Position numbers and translations under genes: made by a program
The notes under the pieces: generated by a model
What the model was told of the DNA's origin: nothing
Seen by the model: the letters and a program-made list of their open reading frames with translations, nothing else
The model's database searches: none
From: Mizuhopecten yessoensis
Taxonomy: Eukaryota
DNA: 64,000 nucleotides
Assembly (NCBI RefSeq): GCF_002113885.1
Contig: NW_018404519.1
Location: 753,546-817,545, forward strand
Reading direction: 5' to 3'
Shown here: positions 1 to 13,800 of the stretch, in pieces
How the letters are laid out: every line of letters starts with the position of its first letter
Numbering within the stretch: the first letter of the stretch is position 1

Positions 1-34
<34 letters not shown>

Positions 35-118
35 CTATTGTACCCAATGTTCACCGAGACAATTTGGCAATAGTACACGTGTACCCACAGATACACAGCA
101 CTCGGATGTCATATCAGT

Positions 119-400
119 ATATTTACATTTGCCCCTGCGCTGTCCCATTACAACAGTGTTAGAGGGCAAGTGTAATTAAATAGGCTATAATTACAACTGC
201 TCGACTATAATTACAACTGCCTGTTTCAGGTGTAGGAATATGTTAACAAATAAAATGGCCGCCTGAAATGTATTTTGAGGCAGGGCAAATGGTTTTTGTA
301 GGAATATGTCTTAAAAAAGAAAAATATGTAAATATAAAAAATAACTGGTTGTCTGGATGTAATTATATCAACAATAATCACATCCAGACAACCAGTTATT
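119..400. mobile_element. Small non-autonomous element with terminal hairpin (Crypton/MITE-like)
   Basis: ATATTTACAT(119)...ATGTAAATAT(326-335) inverted pair, followed by a perfect 21-bp inverted repeat at 340-360/380-400. Confidence 0.5.
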
Positions 401-1031
401 GTTTAAATAGTACACAGAAGAGAAAACAGTTGTGAACAGTATTACTGCAGATGATTGCTTTTTTTTTTTACTTGATATGCTGTTTTTATTTAAACCATGA
501 TTTTAGCTAAATGAGGTTTCTGTACTTATATTCCAAAGCAAGTTATATTTCATGAAATCAACGAGTCGCTTTTGTTAAAACAATCTAAACAAAATCATAA
601 CGAATATGACATTACACGTTCTAATAAACTATTTTGTTATACTACTTAAACCAGTACTTTCTACAAATAAACTTTTATAATCAAAACTGAATTCCAAAAA
701 TTAACTTACACCTCGAATGTCAAATATCAAAAGTCAGATGCAACATGAGTTTTTTTTATCATATATCAAAGGGAAGCGCACTACTGTAAGAATGATACTA
801 GCCTCTCATTGACAGTCCTTAATTATTCAAGAGAAAGAATGAAGGAGAATTCTCGGTTATATAAGGGATAGGTACGAATAGTTCTATAACACGGTTTGGG
901 CCACGACTAGATTTCTAATCGCATTCAATATGAATTCGTAAAGGATGTTGCTAGTATTTGCAAACATGTGCTTTTTAGAAAGTGACAAAAGAAATAGGTT
1001 ACATATATTTGTGATAAAAAAAAATACTAAC

Positions 1032-1195
1032 CGTCATTGAATGTCTGAAGCATCATCATCTGGACTTCGACATACGATGAAGCGTTAGGAAGATTCTCCA
1101 GGCGTATGAAACCAACGAAGGCGTACATCTTATCCACCGTCAAATTCACTGATGTGGCTTCCAAAGTCTGTGCAAGCCCAGCCCAGGTGCCATTT
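1032..1195 (-). CDS. Exon-2 homolog of a third, divergent CBM4/9-GH10 gene (partial; rest lies outside the window or is decayed)
   Basis: 164-nt AG/GT-bounded exon with the same phases (2 in, 1 out) as exon 2 of the two + strand genes. It reads (R)NGTWAGLAQTLEATSVNLTVDKMYAFVGFIRLENLPNASSYVEVQMMMLQTFND(G), versus RSNNWAGLGYF...DKLYAFVGHIKLENL...ETLDG. Confidence 0.75.
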
Positions 1196-3738
1196 CTACA
1201 ACGCCAGCACTTATATTTTATGTCTCCCCACATATACCTTCATCTTTATCCTCAGGCATATTACAAATATATGGTCCAATCACTAAGAAGCTTATTCTGA
1301 TAATCATGAATTTGGTTTATTGATTGTTAACTTCCCTTTTCCCGGTAGAAATATGCCACAATCTTTAGTTTATGGAATTTATAAGCCATGGCTGGTTGGA
1401 TAATCTACAATCTAACCCATGACCAATGATAGCAAGGAAGATGTGTCCCGTCCTCCAATAAATTAGCTAGCAAGAGAGTTTTGCAGGAGAATCTTCAGTT
1501 GCAGACACAATTTGGTTATTTTTTTAAATAGTTTAAACATTAATAATGTTTTTCATAATAACATTAAGATGTATATTTCTTGGTAAGATTTCAGGAAAAT
1601 TTGGTTACTCTTTTAAAAAGTTAACTGATCCTTTTTTAAAGAAAAATTGTCTTCAATTACAAAGATTGCATCGCATCTTTTCAGTAAATTGACAGACATT
1701 CATTATTAATCCCCTTTCAAATGTTCGTTACTGGGATAAGTGAACATGTTTACTGATCTATGAAACGAAACCAACACACACAAAATAAAGCGAATTGGTC
1801 TGATGAGGTTTGAACGAAGTAATGCCTTGATGATTATTTTCTTTACAGGGAATGTCAAGTTCGGTTCACACAAAACAACTACGGGATTACTCTCTAAACA
1901 ACTACGGGATTACTCTCTAATTTATGAGCTCTTCTTTTTCAGTATTGTTAGTATTGAAGATGCAATAAAGCAGGTTATATATTCAGTGTACAAAGACCTT
2001 GTGCGAAGTAAAGCGAAATGTTCAAGAGAATTTGATTGAAATGTCTTTTATTAAATTTATAGGATTGCTCTCCAAATAGTGTAAATATAACAGTCCAACA
2101 AATACAAATGCTTCTCTATACTAACACAGAGGTCTCCTGTTAGGTGGAATAAGTAATCATGGATTGGCATTCAATACACTTGTTGATTCATGTATGTTAG
2201 CTCAGTGAGGATATGGGTTCATATAGCAAACACTGACTATAATGAAACTAGCCGTATCGTCAGATAACGAAACCTGTCTTTAAAGAAAAATAGTGTTATG
2301 ATTAGCACAGGTGCCTTCTTTGCACATATATTGTCATCACTGCAAAGCAGAACCGGTCTTTCAAGTGTCTATTTCGCCAACGATCAGAGTTTCTTTAGAG
2401 ATAAAATGGTCTGTATGTAGCTGTTCAATTAATCTCGGCGGCAGTCAACCCCTGACACATATAGTGCATAACCTCCATTACTCACTCGATGATTATCGGT
2501 TTTGCCAGGAGCTCAATAAGGTACATGATTAATCTATGAAAAAAGCCAAAGTGAGTTACGGGTCGTTAGAAGTAAGCAAGTGTTGCGTAACGATTCCAAG
2601 TTAAGGTCACAGTTCGTTTCATTCAAATGCTAATATACTTCGTGAAGTTGAAATAATTCTTAAGAGCGTCACCGACACAAAGCAAAATAGTGTTGGCTTG
2701 ACTTTTGCCGAATACAAATATATGCTAACATGTATAACTTGACAACTTAATAGAAATGTTTGTTCATTTTGTAACACTATCCGTCTATATTTAATATCTC
2801 CATATATGTTTCCGTTTTGTCTATTACTTAATCTTTTGCGATCAAATATTGAATAAATAATGCTTGTGTATTTTAGGTAGATTTATAGAGGTGACTTCTT
2901 TATAGATGAACCTAACACACCTGCATGCATGTGATTGCTCCTATAATTGAAGTCAATATTTATATTATGAATCAGATTTTGGTTTTCAAAATAAAATGTG
3001 TGTACATGATTTCGTGGATTACTTGTACCCACAAAAGCTGGCAGTATACTACTCATACGGAGAAAAAAAATCATATCAAATCTTTTATGGGTATATAAAT
3101 TCGTGGATGCACGGTACCTAGGGAATCAACGAAATTGAAAATCCTATGAAAATATATCATTTCCGTGTAGTAAAATCTAATTATTACATTTTCGTAACCT
3201 CTTTATATAGCTTTTTGATGTTTTTAGTTACGCTATATTAGCGTGTATGCTGTCAATTTTTAGTTTTTGCTACATTAGCATATATGTAATTTAGACATTT
3301 GGTCTTTTACTGAATACCATATTGGTTCAGCTTAGAATAGTGTATCTTTGCTCCTGTAATAATTCTAATGAAAAGTGTAAATGACCCTTTAATTGTATAT
3401 ATTTAGTCAAATTATAGTAATTCAATAAGCTCAACCCTTTTTGAGACGGCGTTTTGATTCTTGCTAATCAGTTTTATAATCTAAAATTGCCCCCGTTAAG
3501 TGATATAGAATATATGACTCTATCATATGTACCGGTATATAAGGTAAAAATATCCCACCCAAGAGTACATAATCTTGGGCAAATACCGAAGGTTGCTTAG
3601 GTTTCTGAACCAAAATAATTTACCCCATCTAGCCTATTATTTTTACTTATTTACTTATTTTTTCGAGATGTGTAGCCGCCACCTGTTGGCAACATATCAT
3701 CTTCTCTGCTATTTGAACCAATTTTAAAATGTATATAC

Positions 3739-3822
3739 CAAAGGAGATAGGGTTGTCCTCCATATCACCATTTCTGGACGCCAGTAAATCATTTGTGACG
3801 AGTACAGTTACTGTGGTAATTG
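3739..3822 (-). CDS. Probable upstream exon of the third GH10-like gene (start of CBM domain)
   Basis: TTTTTCAG acceptor, G|GTATAT donor, 84 nt. It encodes ITTVTVLVTNDLLASRNGDMEDNPISF, resembling TNLLGNGDFE of the paralogs. I could not find the exon that joins it to 1032-1195. Confidence 0.4.
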
Positions 3823-5019
3823 CTGAAAAAGATAACCACAAAGAACTCCACCATATCCTTTTGGGGTGAATGACATTAACACCTTTGAATGAGTTTTAAA
3901 GTACTAACAGTTAAATATCGCTATTTTCTCCACCACAATGAACCTGTGTACGTCCTCTATCGATTGGTTGTTCGGTTACATGAATACCAGTAACAAGCGA
4001 ATCACTGTATTAAACCTTTGGAGATACCAGATCATGATTTTTTTAAGTATAATAATTACAAGTTATAAAATCAATTAAAATAAATCAGGTATGTGGTAAT
4101 GCAATTATCTTTATAACGTTATACATTGATGTGGTATGGCTATATATATTGCTATACTCTATTACAAAACAGTCAATACCTGAACTTGTTTTCTGTCAAT
4201 TTAACACACGACTGTGTTCACAAACAGCTGGAATAAAGCACACTGTTCATAACATATAACATAGGTTTGTGTAAGTCGTAATGTAGTGGACATTCTTGTT
4301 GAGAACATCACGTACTGAAACACTTAAACATTAAGCATTGTACATGTCTTATAGGGTCGATTGAATATCTTAAATCAAAAGTATGCTAACCATTAATAAA
4401 ATATTTTGAACTGGACGTGAATCACTCAATATTTGAAACTATGGACCTGTTTTTGATTTACCTATGTATTTGTCCTGATAAAGTAGATGTAAATCCTACC
4501 ATGTACTTCCAGAAGTTACTGATATTACCCAGAATATTTAATACGTTATACAGCGTTAAATCACGTAAAATCTGTATTGTGTAAGTCTTTACGTTAGGTG
4601 GCAATACATATATAATGGAATGCGGCTTGAGGGTTATTTTATACCTATTGCAACGTCACCAATTTTAGGTTTTACAACACTGACCTGGCTGTTCCAAGAC
4701 GTCCATGGACTGAAGTAAAGAACAAAAAATAACAAAACTGGAGAAAATCTACTTTATCAAATAGAAATAAGAATTAATGAATAATTAGGCAAAACATGTT
4801 AAGCTCATACACAAAGCATTTTTTGTTGTTGACAAATTAACAGAAAGTATTTGACAAGCCCATGCATACAAAGCTTTAGCCAAACAAATATGAGTGTAGC
4901 CTAGCACAACAAGGTGCTGATTATGAGAACCACAAATTAACCTAAGATGGGAACAATCAAACGGAGAAAGGAAATGAAGACATATTGAACAGAAGACAAT
5001 AAATAATAAATATAATTTC

Positions 5020-5325
5020 AGGTTCTTATCAACCGCCTTTTCACTACCGAGGTCGTCTCAAATCGGTTCACAAATTATTATCCGTGGTCATTAGGCCTTT
5101 GCAACCAGTACATGTCTTTCTCAACTCCCTTGTGCTGCAATGTAGGCGCTCACAACGATCATTTAACAATTCCAGCACTGCCAAACCATGTACTCAATTG
5201 CAACTGAGTAGACTTGAACAAGCTGTGAGTAAAGTATTTTGTTCAAGTAAACAACACAGTGCAATAACGGGATTCGAACCCGCGAACCTTCGGTAACGAG
5301 CCCGGTGTTCAACAACTAGACTACC
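5020..5325 (-). mobile_element. tRNA-derived SINE (degenerate)
   Basis: Minus-strand tRNA-like head with B box GTTCGAATCCC (~5269-5279) and an A-box-like stretch; AT-rich simple tail at ~5000-5020. Confidence 0.55.
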
Positions 5326-5962
5326 ATGCCTCTGATATCCAGAGCGAATCGGAGACAATCTTCAACGTGCTTGCCTTGTTTCAAAATTCATATTCCATGT
5401 GAGCGGACAAACAGTAATCAGGAAGAATTTAAGAGAGAAAAACATAAAACCATAAATCTTGTGCAAGCAAGCTTCCTAAAATTTGAAATTGGCGTTAACA
5501 CAAACAAGGTACTGAGATTTTACGACAGAAAAACACCAATCTGACGGATGGTATTCTTGATCGTCTAAATCGAGGTTTATCTTCACCCGAGGGTTAGCAA
5601 TTAAGAATCTCAACCTGGGGCTTGAGTTTAATTGATATACTCTACCCCCACCCTAAGGGATTATTCTTTTTCATCCATTGTTTACAATACTTAGTTTGAG
5701 CATTTGTCATCTATTTTTATCCTGATTTGCATATGAACACTTTCAACAAATGTAGCAAAGAAATTATCAAAAGGTAAAAATGGAAGGCAACTCTGTGAAT
5801 GGTGGGCGAAAACAATGTTCAAATAAAGGGATCAACTAAGTTACAGGTTAAACCACGACGTCCTTGGACGTGTATGCTAACCGATACACCTAAACAAGTA
5901 ATGGGTAGGCTTACCTGAAAATAGATAATTTTATCTCACTTTAAAGTCAATTAAAATTAAGT

Positions 5963-6220
5963 AAAACGGATGCCCAACTTTTGAAAGATTGCACTTACAG
6001 GGGGTGCCACAGAGACCATTTTCGTAAAGTGTAATTAAGATTGAAATAGGCATTCATTCTGAGCTAGGACCTGTAACATAGAATTCGAACGAAAGCTCAT
6101 TTTTAACAATTATTGAAAATAGGGTCCAAGGTAGTCTAGAACCCGTGCCGGTGCCCAATTTTTAAAAGGTTAAAACCTGTACGTGCAACCTTTCAAAAGC
6201 TGGGCACCGGCATCCGCTTT
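5963..6220. mobile_element. MITE-like element with imperfect inverted repeats
   Basis: GGATGCCCAACTTTTGAAAGATTGCACTTACAG (~5967-6000) is inverted by CTGTACGTGCAACCTTTCAAAAGCTGGGCA...CATCC (6177-6215). Confidence 0.5.
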
Positions 6221-7779
6221 AGTTAATTTTCCTGTCCAATTTTGAATAACGAATGACCTTCTAACCTTACTTTCGTCCCTCTACATGCGCAAATGTTACA
6301 GTTCATTTAATAAGTGGACAAAGACTTTACATTTGTATGATTGCATCATGGACTTAACATATTTACCACATATATTAGTCAGGTAATAAAATGTTTATGC
6401 CGCAGCACATAAGCATAATGCTTCTATAAGTGGATATGTATGTGTTTCGAAGTGATTAATCGCCATGTTTGGAGCAGGTACCTGTATCAAAGGTAAGTGT
6501 TGTGAACTGTAGCTATCTGTATATACCTAGTAAAATCAGTCCGTTAATATAGCCTTTAGGTATCAGATCAGTAGGTATGACGAACATCTTTCGGACCCTG
6601 GTCAGTCAGTTTGACAGACAATATTTGTGGATTCAGTCCCGATTTTGTCCTAGGGTATCCATGTTTATCTCTTCTTGTTTACTTGATATAACTAACAAAT
6701 AACATTTGATTAATTTACTTAAAATGCGAACGTTACTTGGTCCTAACTAGATAAATGGACCTGTTTACCATATTTGGTAAACTTAATACAGCCTCCGGGA
6801 TCTTTGGTCAGTAAGATGAAATGTCGCCGGGCAGGGAGACACTTAAATAGATTTGTATTGATGGATACGTGTGAAAACCGCAAGGAACCTTCCCGGCGGC
6901 TTGTGTAAGGTGACGTACGCGTCCGGACTGTAAGCTGAATAAACAGTATTACCTTCTATTATCTAATGATTTAGTATTACAGTTTCTCTTAATTAACAAT
7001 GTTCCAATGCTAAAAATGGATTTTTAAGATATTTAATACGCGGAATATTTGGCACGTACGAAATACGTGTTTTATGTCAGCGGCACATTTTTGTGAACAA
7101 GAACTATTTCTGAGTAAAGCATAAATAGAATCATGACGTCATTCCTTTTGCTATGTAATAGGTTCCTGTCATGCTTTGGCTTAATGGGTGTTAAATGTGT
7201 TTAATCCTCTGGTGTGAGATTGTTTTCTTTTTTTTTTTCAATAGTTAAGTACAGTCACTTGAATATTTTCCAACACTTACGTGCGAAACGTTCGTTATTA
7301 GAGCAAAGCATTTGTTCCAAATAAACTCGTCACTTTGCAATATAAAAAAACATAAACTTTACCAAATGAATAAGTATGCTAAAAAGCGGAATCATAACAG
7401 TATGACATGGATGAATTTAGTTTCAAACTTTATAATTCATTAAAAGTTTCATTTCAGGTAGCAAATCTGAAATTATTACGAAATGACGTTTTTTTGAACT
7501 ACCAGTGGAAAGTTGACTCGTACTTATGTAAGTCTGATGTGATATAAGGGTTTCTTTGAACGAAAAAAAATATGTTTTCATAGTGTTGTATGGTACTAGC
7601 CTTACATTACACCGCGTATGACGCACGTTATAGCTACAGTACTCGGTTCATTTACCCTCGAGATATATTTCTACCACATCCTTATGGTTCGTTCCAATTT
7701 TATATACACATTACGTACAGTCTTGACCTCAGCCAGACTGATCAGTAAGTAAGTGCGATAGTTTACAATAATATCAGTC

Positions 7780-7832
7780 AACCAATCATGCTCCAAACCT
7801 AATAGCTGTAATTTAAGGGTCAAATAAAAGGA
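7780..7832 (+). promoter_or_regulatory. Core promoter of GH10 gene 1 (CCAAT box + TATA-like AAATAAAAGG)
   Basis: CCAAT at ~7782 and AAATAAAAGGA at ~7822. The same motifs occur with similar spacing before gene 2 (22297, 22339). Confidence 0.55.
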
Positions 7833-7886
7833 GCATACCTACTTTTATATTGCATCCACGATAGTGCTTTGTGTCACAAAAGGACT

Positions 7887-10800
7887 ATGGCGTCTTTTCT
7901 GGTCTGTCTTCTCCTGGTGGGGACTTGTATATTGGGAGTAGCAGGGACCAACCTCCTGGGAAATGGAGACTTTGAGGCGGCTACCCTGGGGACTTACTGG
8001 AGTAAGTCGGGATGTTCTTGGGCCATAAGCACCTCAGAGAAACGTGGCGGGGCGCAGAGTGTCCACATCACCGGGAGGTACTATATTATTTTATATAATA
8101 AAGGCGAATGCTAGGTATTTTGTGAAGAAGTCAATTTTCAATTGATGCCATTTGATGTTTACATATGATCATAAATACTTGGGAAGTTATACTCTAGTAT
8201 ATCATTTGCTCTCTTAGTTGTATATATGTCATGAGGGAGCGAAGATTGCAGAAAACAAATAGAAACGTTCTGATAAAAATGTTCATATGTACCACTTCCA
8301 TGTAATATAATATATTATATATCTAGATGTGGTTGTAGACTTTGTGTTCAGCATGTAGTGCATTGTGATTATGCTATGGTGTACATTGTGACATTGAGGC
8401 GTTGGTGTGTTTTATCGTTTTGGTATATATTGTGTTTTGACTGGTAACATTTATGACGTTGTTATTTACTAAGTGAGATGATGCTTTGGTGTTATTTGTA
8501 TGTTGACGCTGTGGTTCTGTGCTGTTGACGTGGAGGTATATTTTGTGTCCTAATATTATATAAATAACAATGTTGACACTTTGTTATATATTGTGTGTTT
8601 AGAGTTTGGTGTACATTGTGTGTTAACGCTATGGTATATCTTTTGTATTAATGCTGTGGTATATCTTCTTTATTAACGCTGTGGAATATATTGTGAATTG
8701 ACTCTGTGGTAAATCATTTGTATTGACGCTGTTTTCTATATTGCGCTTTGATCCTGTTGTATAATATATGTATTGACATTGTTTTTTTTACTTAGTGAGA
8801 TAATACTATGGTATACATTGTGTCATTGAGGTGTTGGTGTTTTTTTTTAGTTATGGTGTATATTGTGACCATACACACTTTCATGTAATATAATATATTA
8901 TATATGTAGATGTGGTTGTAGACTTTGTGTTCAGCATGTAGTGCATTGTGATTATGCTACGGTGTACATTGTGACATTGAGGTGTTGATGTGTTTTATCG
9001 TTTGGGTATATATTGTGTTTTGACTCTGGTAAAATTTATGACGTTGTTATTTACTAAGTGAGATGATGCTTTGGTGTTATTTGTATGTTGACGCTGTGGT
9101 TCTGTGCTGTTGACATGGTGGTATATTTTGTGTCCTAATATTATATATATAACAGTGTTGAGACTTTGGTGTATATTGTGTGTTAACGCTGTGGTATATC
9201 TTGTGAATTAACGCTGTGGTATATCTTCTGTATTAACGCTGTGGTATATCTTCTGTATTAACGCTGTGGTATATCTTTTGTATTAACGCTGTGGTACATC
9301 TTTTGTAATAATGCTGTGGTATATCTTGTACATTAATGCTGTGGTTTATCTTTTGTATTAATGCTGTGGTATACCTTTTGTATTAGCGCTGTGGTATATA
9401 TTTTGTATTAACGCTGTGGAATATATTGTGAATTGACGCTGTGGTAAATCATTTGTATTAACGCTGTTGTCTAATATATGTATTGACATTGGTTTTTTTT
9501 ATTTAGTGAGATGATACTATGGTATACATTGTGTCATTGAGGTGTTGGTGGTTTTTTTTAGTTATGGTGTATATTGTGTTTTGACTCTAGTATACTTTAG
9601 TGAGATGATGCGTCGGTATTATTTGTATGTTGACGCTGCAGTTGTGACCTGTTGCTGTGATTATAGGTAGTGGGTAGTAGGTGTGGTATACTTATGTCTT
9701 GACGCTGTGGTATGTTTTGTTTGTTGAAGATGCGTCAATATTTTGTGTCCTGATCATATAATATAACCTTTTTTATTGACGCTGTCCCATAGTCTGTTTG
9801 TTGACGCTGTGGTTTATATATATATAGATATTGTTGACGCTGTGGTTTATATATATATTGATATTGTTGACGCTGTGGTATTTATTGTCACTTGACGCTG
9901 CACTATCCTTGATGTCCTGATCGCATGATAAGTATTTCAGTTTTGACGCTGTGCTATATTTTGTGTGTTTACGTTGTTACATTGCGATTTGACACTAAAC
10001 CGTGTTAAGTGTCTTGATGTTATGATATTTACTTTTGTGGTTTTTTCGCCGTGCTATCTTTTGTTTTTTGGCGCTGTGATACATTTTGTTGGGCCGTGCT
10101 GTAATCTTATTTTCAAATTTAATTGGTACATGTTAGACCTTTTGGTAAATTAATAGATTTATGAACACGCGTACGGTTCATGATGTGTATTAAATCATAT
10201 TTAATTAACTTCCCAAAATGACTACTTTCGGCATGAATCATTAACAAAATAGGGATAGATATTCGACGGCGCTTATAAATACCCTTTTCGTTTTCTTTTC
10301 GTTTTTAGGTCGAATAATTGGGCAGGCCTTGGCTATTTTATAGCCACACCTGCCGTGGAATCCGATAAATTGTACGCTTTTGTTGGACACATCAAGTTGG
10401 AGAACCTTGTGCCTGGTCATTTATATCATGATGTGTATGTGAAGTTGAGAATAGAAACGCTTGATGGTAGGTACTTCTTCCTACCAAAGGGTTTTAATTT
10501 TGATGATTTTAACATAAATTGTAATCAGTGTGATTGGGATAAGAAAGTCGGAGTAATTCATTTATAAAGCTTCTGAACAGCACATTGGCTGTTATTTTCG
10601 TTTTCATTTTTACAGGATTTTTTAATATTTTTTATAAAGTTTATTCGATTTTCTTAATAGGGTACCAATTACAGTTTTTGTAGTCAAACTACTTAATTTC
10701 AAAAACATTTTTTTGCACATTTTAATACACATTTTCAGAATTATTATCTACATATATACTTTTAACTGCATGTCAATGATGAATATTTTAAATAACATGC

Positions 10801-13800
10801 TTTTTTTATAATGTCTTATGGCATTATATAGCCTATTCCAATATGCAAAAAAAAAACAGTTTTTAAATTTAAAATAATCGATGTGATGCGTTATAAAATA
10901 ATTGCTTAGCTGATTTTAAACAAATTTCTTAAGGGTATGTTTTATCATTTCCTGAAGACAAACTTTACCTCCAGGGTGAAACGGCAATTATTATGACTGC
11001 TGTTTCCTTCCCATACCCCAGCAACGTATATTTTATGGCAATGCTGCATCATTATATCGTTTAACAAATCATGCAATACTCTTCCTATAACAGATGTGAT
11101 ATTAGGCGATCACAGGTGTGAAATATAACGTGATGATAAGTTATAATTCAGAGACAAGGAATACCAGGTGATGATAAATTAACCATTCACACGTAAGATT
11201 AAGTGATAATAATTCCACCTATCACAGACCTTTCAAACGATCCAATGAACATGGAACGTTCGCCATCACTACTTTTTAACTGACTTTAAACGGAATTGAT
11301 TTACTGAACAATAATATAATTGATAATAAAGACAATTATTTAATATTTATATTTGAACATGAGTAAAAACCCTTTATTTCTAAAGCAGTAGATTTTATGT
11401 TATCATCAAAAGATACTCAGGATTTTTCACATCTCCATTTTTCAAACCATTCGTTTGGCTACACGTTAATATTAACTTCTTTTAAATTATCCATAGGCAG
11501 TAAAACCTACACCAATATCGGCATACATCCTCGTGTTCGACCAGGATCCTGGCAAGAGGTGGGAGGGGACTTCAAACTCCCAAACAGTAAGTTTGTCTTC
11601 GTTGGTAATAGTAAGGTTAGGTTTTTACCAATTCACCAAAGCCCCTTGCAGCACATGCTTTTCTTCAAACAATTAACAGTGACATTTCTAATAATTAATT
11701 TGTACCTTTGACTTATTGTTGCAATAACATAACCAAATCTGATCGTAGAAATGTTTTTACTCATTATTTGCTTCCCATTTTACATATAAATTTGGAAGAT
11801 TTTTTTTTTATATTTTGACTAATTTTCAGATGTCAAAGAGATCAAAATATATATCCAAATCGAGGAAAAGGACGTCAACTATTTCTTTGATGATGGAAGT
11901 CTTACTGAGCTCGTGCCGGACCCAAACTGGAGGTCAAAGGCCGAATCCAACATTGACCTCTATCGCAAGGTCACATTAAACATCCTGTAAGATCAGCATT
12001 TTTTCTTCGCCTCAATTTTACACAGACGTATACAGATGTCAACCTCTATGAATGGCTTATTACAATATCGTGTGATACTTATTTAATGCACCATCTCTAT
12101 AGCACGATATCGAGACTGGTAACCTGTTTTCTAGATCTAACTTAATATTGCGCTATATTTCAATTGTTATATAACATTAGTTAACATAAAAAATCCTTTG
12201 GTATTTTCAAACTCCTAATCATCAAATATTATTTCAATGTTTTGCTTTTCCGTTGATGATACTGATAAATGTGTTTTATTACTGTTTACAGAGTAAGGAA
12301 AATCAGGGGAATTAGCCTGAAAGGTGTCACGATAGAGGTAAGCATACACACCTCCTGACACAGATGACAATAACGTTTTTCAGTAATATCTGAAACAAAA
12401 AGTTTGAAAAACTAGCGCTTTTAAAGAATTACATTAAAACGGTTGTATATTCTTGTTTACATATAGAAATTCTTGCATTAACAATGTGACCAGTCTTTTT
12501 TTGTTTTGTGCAAACGAAAATCCTATTTTAGCCAGTACTCCTCAACATTGGGCCCTCTGATGGGGTTTTTCGAATTTTCATGTCCGGTACGTTTTCTGCC
12601 TATCAGTGGAGAACTTTTTTATCACTTAAAATCAACTGAAATTGCAAAGGTTTTGTGTTTAGGTTGAGCAGAAAAGAAGTGACTTTGGACACGGCACAGC
12701 TGTCAAGGCCAAGTTATGGACCAACTCAAGTTATGATTTCTACAACGACTTCGTGTACAATACTCTCAAACCAGAGTGGGGTGTACCGGCAAACGCTCTC
12801 AAGTGGAAGGGCATGAGATGGAGCGAGGTTATTCATATAGTGTTCAAATTTTATTTTCTATTACAACCGATAAATTCCATCGGTTGCGATGTATCTGAGA
12901 GAAATAACAAACAACTACTTGTATGCGTTGTCTCATAATATACAGAATGTTCAGGAACGATTTGTTATTTTTTTCAATCATATACAAGCTGAAAGAAATA
13001 TTTTTTTGTTTAGAGTGAGCTAAGTGAGAATGTTACAGATGAGTTTAGAGAGAAATAATGCAGCAACGCAGTTGAAATAGAACCAAGAAGAATTATGAAT
13101 GCATAACCATTAAACCTGAGAATTATCAATTAGTGACTTAAGAAGTTGATATAAATTTTGAATAATGAAGTTTTTATTTTGATGTTTATATTGTACAGAG
13201 CAAATTAAAATTCGACGATGCCAACGAGACCCTTAATGACTTACTGGATCACGGGTAAGACCTACATTTTGTATACAGAAATACATTTTGTAAACAGAAA
13301 TACATTTTTGTATACAGAAATACATTTTGTATACAGAAATATATTTTGTATACAGGATACATTTTGTATACAGAAATACATTTTGTATACAGAAATACAT
13401 TTTGTAAACAGAAATACATTTTGTATACAGAAATATATTTTGTATATAGAAATATATTTTGTATACACAAATACATTTTGTAAACAGAAATACATTTTTG
13501 TATACAGAAATACATTTTGTATACAGAAATATATTTTGTATATAGAAATATATTTTGTATACACAAATACATTTTGTATACACAAATACATTTTGCTTGT
13601 TTTGCTTTTTTTGTCATTTGCTGTGAACTAAAGTCCTCCCTTTTATAACAGAACGAGTATTGAGCTTCAGTAACTTAAGGAATGGTAACCGGTCAATATT
13701 GACAAGAATATCCTCATAACATTAAAAATCCGTTCTTTTCATTCTTGCGCAACGTCGGTTCCATTAAATTAAGCCGAGAAACATGAAATTAAGAAATCTG

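Noticed and set aside
1-33. Poly-G run at the window start
   Set aside because: Homopolymer cut by the window edge; may be real or a sequencing/assembly artefact, so no function can be inferred.
3310-3353. Candidate linking exon (GAKIHYSKLNQYGI) for the third GH10 copy
   Set aside because: Phases fit, but similarity to the paralogs is too weak to support.
13218-13631. Four overlapping 109-137 aa ORFs
   Set aside because: By-products of a 19-bp intronic repeat.
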